From Tubulanus polymorphus (taxonomy: Eukaryota > Animalia > Nemertea), in contig NC_134025.1 in NCBI RefSeq assembly GCF_964204645.1, positions 28,686,299 to 28,750,298 on the forward strand: 64,000 nucleotides of DNA, in the 5' to 3' direction. Shown piece by piece: positions 53,501-64,000 of the stretch (position 1 is the stretch's first letter; the number at the start of each line of letters is the position of its first letter). The notes under the pieces are model-generated. The model made no database searches. It saw nothing but the letters and a program-made list of their open reading frames with translations, and was not told the DNA's origin. Made by a program: the position numbers and the translations under genes.

Positions 53501-53663
53501 GTTTTTGATAGCAAATGATTAAAGCATACTTTTTAAATTCTCCTTCGAGAGCTTGTAAACGCGATTTACTGTTGTCACTTTCGACCATCATTTCCTGAAG
53601 CTTCGCTTCGGCTTCCATGCGTAATGCCTTCTCTTTCTGAAGGTCGGCCAGCAGAGCGTCCTT
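41562..53663 (-). CDS. NCKAP5: NCKAP5/NCKAP5L-like coiled-coil microtubule plus-end tracking protein, about 2,060 aa from these exons: 53530-53663, 52986-53076, 52170-52259, 51693-51866, 51144-51341, 50925-51047, 48505-50712, 48312-48422, 46910-48223, 43469-43607, 41562-43168; first exon(s) further upstream
   Basis: LEAENSQLVLENEQQRMQYEKSLGEIANQVVQALLTQK-GLREECLKLQKRVSDLEQQN matches the NCKAP5-family coiled-coil signature. All listed exons join in frame at GT-AG sites. The Ser/Pro/basic C-terminus has SxIP-like motifs (SRIP, SKLP). The 46910-to-43607 junction is the least certain. Confidence 0.8.
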
Positions 53664-56600
53664 CTGTAAAACAGAATTTCAAACATACGTCCACTTAAAA
53701 AACCACATTCGTACATTTACATTACCAATCGAAACACGCATGACTCGTTTATATATCGAAAAAAGTTGAGTAATTAAAAAAACTTCGGTATCGGTAACTA
53801 TCGGTAACTGCTCCTCGCTCGCGTAAAAACCACATGTTCTAAATACACATTCACCTCGGGGATTGAGTGGTTAAAAAAACAACGGTCGCAGAATCACGAT
53901 CATCATTCCGTATAACCTGTAACTTAAAACTTAAGCCAATCTTTGGCGCCTTGTAAACCCTTATTAGAGATAACTGTAATAGACAAATATCTAAAACTGA
54001 TGTATAATTTCTCTCAAACAAAGGAAACAAAAATGTGCGAGTTAATTGGAAGTTCGCCCTCGAATACAGGTATGCGGTAATCTGTTTGTTTATAAGTACT
54101 GCTATGATTCTGTAATTAATGAAAAGACTTCCATGAAAATAGAAGGCAATAAGTGCAGAATGCTGTTAGTGAAGATAAACTACAAGGTTCAATGAGGAAT
54201 TCCACGAGACTCTTGGCATTATTCGCGTTCAAACATAACAGAAAAAGTGATCAGGACCTAATTCTCAGCGGAAATGAAGACAAAGACTTCCGATGATTTT
54301 TTTCTTCATTCTATGAAGTAGAGCGCATGATTCGTGGATTTGCAGAAAAAAAAACTTCATAAAGGATCGCCAGTTCGGATTATAAGCCTCGAATCAGAAC
54401 CGCAGGGGTTCTCTGCAGGGGGTTTAAACTCATCAAGAATCACTGATTTATAACTAACAGTATTAATCCACCTTACTAAGTTGTTGTTCGCGAGTGTATT
54501 AAAAAAAACCTAGAACGAGTTGTTTTTAAAAGGCCTAGTCAACTGTTAAACTAGACTAGACGTAACACTATTTGTGTTTTTATGAACAGGAGATTGCTGG
54601 TTATTTTTTTTTCTTTAAAAGGATGTTGTACACTGACTCATATATCAGTTGTACCAAATTCACTTTTAAAAATACATAACTATTCAATGAAAATATTTGA
54701 AGTATTGCCCTAGACCTGAATATGAGCGCGAAATAAACCACAATTATAAAGCCACGTCGAACCATCCCAAACTCATTCATAAAATCAGAAAAAGAAATGT
54801 TAAACTTTCTAAGAATAGAGAACGCAATATTCCTCGATACGAGAAAAAACAAATTAAGTGTTTTTAGTGCGACGAACAGCGTTTTAAAGATTACACGAAT
54901 GTCGGTTTTAAAAGAGAATACACCTCAATAAAGATAAGTCACTTACCACCGGTTTACCGATCTATCACGATAAGATGCTTATCGGTGAAAGAACCGCAGG
55001 AGTCTACGGAATTCTGTGAGATCAAAACTACTTGTTGATCCGGCAATCTATCGGTCGGTATTTTGATTGAATTAATCTATGAAGGTGTGCTATATTTTCA
55101 CTACATCAAATAATTACAGCTCCTGATTTTTTCCAGAGAGGAAATTATTGCTTGTTATGCGTTTAGAGTATTTATATATAGTTTCATAGTTTATAAATAC
55201 CAGCGGTGAGGCTAAAGGTTTTCTATATGTGACGAAATCTAGATCAATTGCCGGCAAAAATTGAAACATCAATTTCCCGGCAGCAGGCAGGCGCAGGGTG
55301 CAGCTCTGGTTAGTGATTGACTGCGCTATAATCCTACTTGTAAAATTTCATCATTTTGTGATCATTAATTCACAGCCAGCGCGACAGAAAATAAGTCCAA
55401 ATTGAAACCCTAGTTAATCTCATGTTTATAGCGCTGTCCTAGATACATAGCTGATAAAATATGTTTAATAGAAATACAGCTTCGGGAATGAGTGGAATAT
55501 TGAAACAATATTCATAGATAGAAATATTATGCATTCATATCGAAGCAATATCAATGCTTTGATTTTGCAGTTATCTCAATTTGCCGGACTTCATAGCCGT
55601 AATTCGGACATTTTGGACATGATAGCTCGAGGAATTATCCCGGAACTAATATGCGTGTACAATAATTACTATAAACAGATTATTGCTCGCATACAAATTG
55701 TGGCTTTTCTCTGAAACTGATTCACGATAGTATAGTATACAATATTCATCCCTGACCAGGAAATGTAGTTCAGGGATTTATAGTTTACTGAACAAATATT
55801 TCGTACAAAAGAGCTGCACCCACTAATTATTTCCATGGAAATGACCATTTGTAGCAGTCTCCATGTGACTGTATATGTGTGTGGTCTGTCCTTATATAGA
55901 TATCGTATTCAAAATTAATGTCCATTTATTCACAACCTTAATAAGAATTTAGGTCAAGTATATTTTATACCCGACGTTTAAATTTTTCAGTTGAAACCTT
56001 ATCATAACTTTCGAAGCCGAGTCCATACCTCTTTTTTCTTACTACCGGCATGCCAAGACAAGCGATTCTTTCTTTTGCGATCGAAATCCTTCCCGTCCAT
56101 GATTTTAGACTTAATAAAACTCGCTAAGTGCGCGGTACGGCTCCACGCGGATCATAGATACCACCGGATAAATCTTCAGCTCGCCAGAAAACAGAATCCT
56201 GTTGTTATCAAACGCTAAGTAGCAAACCGGAGCCACATTCTGATCGTCTGTCTACCGCGGTAAGTGTCAGAGTAAATGTCTTCGGGTAAGAGTCTTTCAT
56301 GCAAGCGCTATACCCATAGCCAAAAACAGAATTACTTAACCCAGTTATTTTTATATTTTCCAGTCTGCGAGGCACACTTCTGATTGTATAGTTCCATTCA
56401 TGTTTGGAACAGATCGAACGTTAAACAAGAAATCTATTTTGAATAGCGGTGTTTGCAGTCGTCGAGTCGGCAGCAGAATTTCCATTCAGAGACTTCTTTT
56501 CCGTTCATTCGGCAACAATTTTTTCTCACCGCGTTAAAAATATGGAAGCTACGCGAACGAACGAGCGAGCGAGATATCAATCACCGACTGCGTGACTGCT

Positions 56601-57044
56601 CCGCTTTCATTCCCAGTCCTGACCTCATTCTCAACGAGCCTATATTTTATGAGCACATTTTTAATCGTGACCGAACCATGTGTGTGCGGTGCGATTAGTA
56701 AGAACACAGTACAAAAATCACTGTAAGCCACACTCATTCACCCGTTCATAGAAATAATAGCGAACAACATTGTCTGATATCAAGAGACATATTATTTCTC
56801 ATTATCTATAAATGAAAGGTGCCCGAGGTCGACTTGAAAGAACCACCTTTTTAAACAAGCGAGCCACGATAAAAACGTACGTATAACGGCGACACGGGAC
56901 ATTTAAAAAATCGAAGCCAATAAATTACCGAACGAACGACGCGTTCATTTTTCAAAAGAATTTCAAGTGCAATAGATATACCTCGTAATGAATAACAAAC
57001 TGTCACAGTTTAACCGAGAAATAGCCACTTAACGAAGCCCTTAC

Positions 57045-57074
57045 CTTACGAAACTTATTGAATTGTTTCATCAT
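57045..57074 (-). CDS. Candidate alternative first coding exon of the NCKAP5-like gene (MMKQFNKFRK)
   Basis: caaaATG context and a strong AAG|GTAAGG phase-0 donor compatible with the phase-0 acceptor at 53663. Confidence 0.5.
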
Positions 57075-60000
57075 TTTGAAGAATCGCGCGACACAACAAA
57101 CAAACTTTTAACTGCGCAAGTACGGCTCTTCAAATAGAACAATCAAACTACTCTCACTCCTCGCCGATAATAGATCCACAACGCAGCATTACGAGTGACT
57201 GGCGAACGAGTAGACTCCTCCTCACAGAGCGGTGCAACTCGCACTCGCAATGCAGCATCGTTCAGCATCTCTCCCTCCGAGCGATGCATTCCACCGGATC
57301 ATCGCTGAATCGCGAAAATAGTTCAACAGGAATCTGTAGATCGAGCAGCCCTGAAGGAGCTGCATGGTGGTTACAGCGATTCCTCCAGATGAATCAGTGG
57401 CCAAACGTCACTTCGTGCGAATCAGGACAAGGGTGACAATTTACTCGCACAATTTATAATCAGATTTCATTAGTCATCATCCGGACCCCGAACAAGATCC
57501 AGATCTTGGTGACATCATTCTTTTTAGACAAATACATAAATTATCTTAAATTTAATCCATTCAATATGATCTGACAGCGGTACACTCGACATATTCTCGA
57601 ATGAATCCGAATCAATTCTAGCCGCGCGCGAGATGTTTGAGCAAAGGCTTCGCGAATGAAATGAGAATAGTTCGATAGTTTCGTCGAACGAATCCCGTCT
57701 ATTCACGCGACGAGACGCCGGAAATAATCTTAAAAACAATCATCTCGGAAAAGACAAGGATTTTGCTAATGGAATTACGGAAATGAAAATTGAAAAGATT
57801 GATTTTTCTTTTTACAATTAACGGAAAACTACTTATTTTTCGCCGATTCTTTTACATCATCGAAAACATGATTCCAATTAGTTCGAACTTTTACAAACGT
57901 TCCAACGGAGAAGAACGTTCGGAATCGTAGCCAGCCGTTTGAGAATGAATTATATCCACCATCGGCTCCAGACAACTTAATGTTTTTGTGTTCGTTGGCA
58001 CGTTTTCTGATAGAAGCACCACCTTATTGGAGCCAAGTATCAGATAGTGAGCGGGGATGAAGCCAACCGATAGCGCGGGTTATCACTTCAACAACTGATA
58101 CCACAAGGTGTAAAATATTTTAATCCCGACAACAAGAAGGGTAGTTACTTTATTGGTTTTAGTGTGTACCTCCTGACAGTAAACACCTGTAATAGCTCCT
58201 CGTAGGTTTGTTGACTGACTTTACCCCAGTAAATATTCCACTCTCAAACCGTTCTCAACGTAAATATAAATACAACAGCTCTCTAATTCTCATTATAGAA
58301 TTTTAATTGCCCGATTTTCTTTTTGACTGACATAAAATCATACTTGATGTCAAGTATTTTACGACTTCCTTAGAATGGGCCTTTGATCTTTTATCGCAAG
58401 AGCATTGTCGATTTTAAGTAAATAGTTCCATAATAAAAATTCTAAAAAAAACGAGTAGTACAAAGACAAAATCATTCATTCATAACATAAGCAAGTGAAA
58501 GAACCAGCTCTTCTAGAAGTGGGAAGAAAGAGTTCACTACTGGCGTCAACAACGTCTTCAAGACGCCGAGCATTTAACAAGATTCAAATACCACTCATAA
58601 CCTAATAATCAATCTCAACAACTGAATATCAACAACAAGGGAGTCATCAATTCGGAGAATATTTCACAATTTTCATTAACTTCGAACTTCTAGGAATCCA
58701 TACGATCAGACATTCGGTAATTATATTACAGGATTCTACAAGAGCACGCCAGAGCGATCATTGCATTACGTAATTCTCCCCCAGTGGATCCACATCGGTA
58801 CTAACACTGAGAAACAGGCAATCTCTACCGACAATCTCAGCCCTACCTCGATACAGATACACAGGGTCTACCTGCGGTAATAAGATGAAAGGCAACAATA
58901 AATAAAAACATTATTATCATAATAACATTAACTGAGTGGATCTAATTATGAGATACGTAGGAAGCTAGTTTCAAGAAACCATCGGGGAGCGATGAGTTTT
59001 AATGTTAATAAGGATTTAACCACGGATTCTAAAACGAAGAATTTACTAAGGAGGTCGTTAATAAACGACCTTAGACTAATCATAAGCCTATACGGTAGTC
59101 CACGACATAGAAACAGAAATATCACCGGCCCACATTCGTTCGCGTGTTATCAAAGAAAACTGGAAATGAATTCAAATGTCGGACACGTTCTATATAAACT
59201 CATAACAATTACATAAATGAAATGAGCCTTTTTTGAATCAAAAAGCAATTTATAACCAACGGAATATAACAAATTTCAACTGGCCCGAACACACGATAAA
59301 ACCACAAAATTGAGAAAAACATTCTCAGATAATACTATCACGCCAAATGGATCGATATCTTTAGAAGTATGTAAGTAAATGGAGAATATCCTTAGAAGAA
59401 TTTCGCAAGATTTTGATATTGAAATTCAGGTCCGAACGTAACGCGAATAAATTCATTAACATCTAGTTGTGAAGATTGCTCGGTCCTTTGTGTCGCGTTA
59501 GTGATCATTTCAGTAATGTAGAGAACAAAGGCCATCAATACTGCACTGGATATTCACCATGACTGTCAAAGATTTATAGCCTTGAACCAGGACAAAGTAA
59601 GAGAAAAACAAAGACCTAATTCGTGTTATGGAGAGCTGAAATTACTGGATGGTATGCGAAATACCAGTGTGCAGATTTAAGGTGTGGATAGGGTGGACCG
59701 GTCCAACAATCCCTTCAAAGAATGAATGCCCCCTCCAAAAAGGAAAATTATTTCGAAATTTGTTAAGAATGAAAAATACATGCAGATCATTGAGATGTTT
59801 ATATCAATCTGATCCAATTAGGCCCAAAGTTTCTTCAATATAGGAGACGAAACATTGAAAAGTCAGAAACGCCCCTTTTTGCCCAGAATCTAAAAAGAAA
59901 CTTGCGGTGCTTACATGGCCAAATCCGCATTTTTCAGATAAAATGCCCACTTAAAAATTTCTGGTCCAATCTTCCAGAAAATCCTCAATATCTGAATTTC

Positions 60001-62256
60001 AAACAGTCGGATTTCAACTCAAATATCTTTCAACGTCAACAAAGAATTAAGAATTATGTTGTTATGCAATGATTACGTAAATCGTCCAAATGAACTCTAG
60101 ATAAACCCGCGCGAGTAAGATGTGATTTACAGCTGCACCAAGGCACCCTCTTAACGATTAGCATTCCTCAGTGATAACTGTCCTTGATCTCCATTCATAA
60201 AAGTGCAACTGAAGGAGACACAGAGCGATGATGCTGTTTACATTTATCCATAAACCGATACCATACAAAAAACAGCATTAATCATTCTTGTCGTCTCTAC
60301 TCGAGGTGCTGTTCATTTGCCCCGTAATTTTTACCTGGTCATTCGTTTCAATCAATTTTTGACAATCGATTAATCAAATTATTGATTAACGACTTACCGT
60401 ATTTTTAAACATTTCACGATATCGAATATATCTAGAGTTACGTATAATATACGTATAATCTGTGATCTTATACAGCGTTATATGTAGAGTCTACTACTGA
60501 ACTGTGTAAGGACTTTAAAGAAGGCTAATTATAAAACCATTAATGATAATACGGTTGGGAAGATATGAAGTTATACGCGTAAACAAATATTCAGCGCAAT
60601 ATTCACGTATTGAACCCGTGTAAATTTATTCAATTAACAACATTAATATATAGACATAATCATAATCACAAAACTAATCCAATAATCCTGTAGTTCTGTC
60701 TATGAAATATACTGACCTCAGACCGTAGGCCTAAGGGTATAAACACGATCAAAAGGAAATCCCTGCTATAGCGCAGAACGACTTCGAATATCTGTTTATA
60801 AATAACTTGATTCTAAATGTTTAGATACTGATTTAGAAGGAAATCCTACAAATCTGAGGAGTTTTTTTGCCTAAGGGGTGAATTGTAATTACAGTAACAT
60901 AGGTAGAATGCTGTATGATGTGGAGCATTTCACTAATGACCAAAAAATGATCGAATTAGTCGAGAATCATAGATCTATATTATGGGAATATGACAGTTTT
61001 ATGTGATAATTGATAGTATAGAATCTTGCTATGGCAGGTTTTAGGATGTGATCATAGCGTTCCGGTATTGTACTAGATAATTCTCTATAGACGTAATCAG
61101 GATGTAATTACTTATAAACAACTACTTCTGCACTTAATGTCTGAACCTAGAACCGGCAAATGAGAGCTTCCACCGTATCTATATAGCATCACATGATAAA
61201 TAACAGGAGTATCTTGATCAAAGGTTCAGCCTATTTAATAGTCTTTGTTCAACACAGGGTCTATAAACTATTCCAGAAGGTCGCGATACCCTGGATGAGA
61301 ATATAGATATGACTCCAGGATTAGTAATGACCATTATAATTGGTGTCACTTATACAGTCAACTGTTCTAGTGAAACCAGGTTTAGATCCAGGCCCCGCTC
61401 TCTTTTGGGTTGGTGCGATAGGTCTTGACATCTTTCTAACAAATCATTGATATTTCGCGTTTTATTGAGTGGTACAAGAGAGAGGATGTGGCACGAAGAC
61501 TCGGACCAGTAAAACTCTAGTTTCTACTCCTAACACATTTTGAGAGCTGACATCCGAAACTAAGATCATTGAGTTTCGCTCAAGAGAGTCTTTCAAGATG
61601 CCAGATGCAAATCCAGTAGACGGCCAAGTACTGGCTACTTAAACAGAAAACTGTGAGATCGAAGAGACCACTTTACACATGCTGAATAACAGTTTAATGA
61701 GCTTGGGAAATTGCAGGTTGTATAGTCACTGATAATTCAACTCGTTCCATACAGTTTGATAGATGGTAATCAAACTCGCAGTTTTGCTGATACAGCATTA
61801 ACCTTGATGAAAGTGTTCACTAAATACAGATTTTTCGGCGGACCAAGCATCAGCAGGACAAGTCTGAATTAGACTTAATTGATGTGAATTTGAATCCCAT
61901 CGGTCTCTCTGAAGCTATTGCACTGCAGCTATGATATATCAATTAACATTACTTTTGAGATAATTACAGTACCATGTGTCCAATAATGGACTGACTGTCC
62001 AGTATTGACATCAAACTAAAACTAATGGCCAGAAAATCAGATACCAGAAAGCTAAACATGCTTAGTGATTTGTATATACAAAATTACATAATTCATATAT
62101 GATCGCAACAACTATTTTTGACTGGCAGGAAAAAGCACAATCATGCTGTTATGATAGAAATGCGGGCGTGATGATAATTGCTACATCGTCAGTCTCAGCA
62201 CAGATTGAGCTTACACATACAAACACTAATCAAACAACGTGACGACATCATTTTAC

Positions 62257-62355
62257 CTGTTCATCAACTCCAACTATCTTTACAATACCCTTCTTAACAC
62301 ACCAGGCAAAAATGTACAGTAACAACAGTACAAAACCATAAACTAACATATACAT
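62257..62355 (-). CDS. Candidate alternative first coding exon of the NCKAP5-like gene encoding a hydrophobic anchor (MYMLVYGFVLLLLYIFAWCVKKGIVKIVGVDEQ)
   Basis: 99-nt ATG-initiated frame ending in CAG|GTAAAA, phase 0. Confidence 0.4.
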
Positions 62356-64000
62356 TAGGACTTTTACTTGACCGTGATACCATTTAAAGCGGTGTTCATC
62401 TGGGAACAATGGAATAAACCGAGTATTATGTGCATCTTTGAGACGACGATGACGGCCATGATTAATCCTGGCCTCATCGTAGTGTCTGTAACTCGTGGCT
62501 ACGCTACTCAGTAGTAACGTGGTTGCCAGTGGTTACAGCAGCGCGTGCTCCGTACTTATCCCGGCATAAACAACGTGACGAAATTGATTTTATATTATTC
62601 AGCGTCGGTGACGAAGAACTGCGCACAGCACACGGCGAACACTTTAAACAAAAGCCATTGAAACCTGTGTCAGCATCTGCTGCTAGATAACTTTTTCAAA
62701 TAGATGCAGCTTCACACATTTTGTTCGGAGCTGTTTTAAAAATGTCTCCTACGGCTGCGAACAATAGAGGTATTATTGACAGAAACAATGGATTCAGTAC
62801 TGACACAATGTAATGAACTCAGTTGCCTCTCATCTTCTTTCAATGTCTGAGTAAAAATTATTTCTCATTACTGAATACAATAAATGAAATTCTGTTTTTT
62901 TTGCTCATTGTTTGAACCCACAGTCGACACCTTGTGTTCATAGAGCACCGGGTTCGGTTGTATCTCGTAAAGGAAAACAAATTTTGAATTTCACCCGACC
63001 ATCAAGCTATCCAACTATCAGGCCTATCACCTGTTTATACTTTGATTGCGGGTATCAAATTTAAACCCACTGTTTCGTTCCTAGCAGGTGCGGTGGGTTT
63101 GTAAGGGATACAAAATCAAATAATCAAATCATGAATCATAAATAGGAAAGACAATTCCCTAATTTTTAAAGATCAGAAGTTTTCATATTCCACGAATAAG
63201 CCGTACAGTTGCATTATATCGACGATTAGGAATTCTTGCACAAAACCATCGACCGTGTTTTAAACGATGCATGAAAATCGCTGATGGCAACTTTACCGAT
63301 GATTTCTCAGAAAAAAAACTCACACCACCGATAACTAGACAGTACGGCTCTCCTAGAGATATCCGACCAGACTCACACGAGACTTCCGTGCAAATATCTC
63401 AAATTTCGCAGATCGAAATCTCGTTAATTTATTATTTCGGAAATCGGATACTGTTTCAGTGAGATTTCTTTCATCAATTTTATAAATGGAATGCCCGTGC
63501 GCGATAAGACAAATTCTTTCTACTTTAGAATTGAGGAATTCAAAGCCACTTGATTGATTCAATCTTTTTATCATTACTTCTAAATCCACATAGTACCTAA
63601 TAGGTTTTCTCTGAACTCCGATAAGGCCTCATCGTCAATAACTGGCAATATTCTTAACACTACTAATGGATTTTTAAAGCCCACTTTCTCCGTGGCTGTT
63701 ACATCTCAAATGAATGCCCCCTAGCATGCAAGGAAATCTTGTAAATCCTTTAAAAATAAACACGACTAAAATAGCAGCAAATGCTGTGTTAATTCTATAT
63801 ATCTTCAATCTGTTCTTTGACGCAACTTCCAAAGTGTAAAATTCTAATTCGCTGATCACGAAATTGCGATATACCTTCACTCACTTCCATCTGATCAATA
63901 ATAAAGCTACAATCAACCAGTAGCAGGAAAAGCACTTTGCAATAAAAGAGCAACTTGAAATTTCCCCGGAGCTAAAACCTGAGCATTGCGTAATATAATA

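Noticed and set aside
59664-59975. Possible hAT-like MITE relic (cagtgtgcagattt ... aaatttctggtcc)
   Set aside because: Termini are too degraded to show a TIR pair or target-site duplication.

Overview
AT-rich, intron-containing eukaryotic (animal, most likely marine invertebrate/lophotrochozoan) genomic DNA with short GT-AG introns; no prokaryotic operons, CRISPR arrays, rRNA or convincing tRNA genes. Gene order, with exons assembled by hand from splice sites and reading-frame phase: a 3'-partial DEG/ENaC (ASIC-like) channel (-); an intact calmodulin-like gene (-); a second calmodulin-like gene whose N-lobe has been deleted by an inverted-repeat/transposon rearrangement (-); a GT32 DXD glycosyltransferase (-); three tandem secreted PAN/apple-like + C-type-lectin genes with variable binding loops (+); a stranded sulfotransferase 3' fragment; a 221-bp AT palindrome; a CHST-type carbohydrate sulfotransferase (-); a CR1/L2-group LINE 3' end; a DGAT2/MOGAT acyltransferase with a GC-AG intron (-); nested MITEs; an uncharacterised ABM-like/DUF7153-like gene (-); a PPIE (Cyp33) gene with an intronless CDS (+); and a roughly 2,060-aa NCKAP5/NCKAP5L-like gene (-) with several candidate alternative first exons. 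The most interesting hypothesis, which is inference only, is that 9.8-27.3 kb is a glycan/glycolipid 'write-and-read' neighbourhood of tailoring enzymes plus diversifying lectins. All family calls come from motif recognition; no database searches were run.
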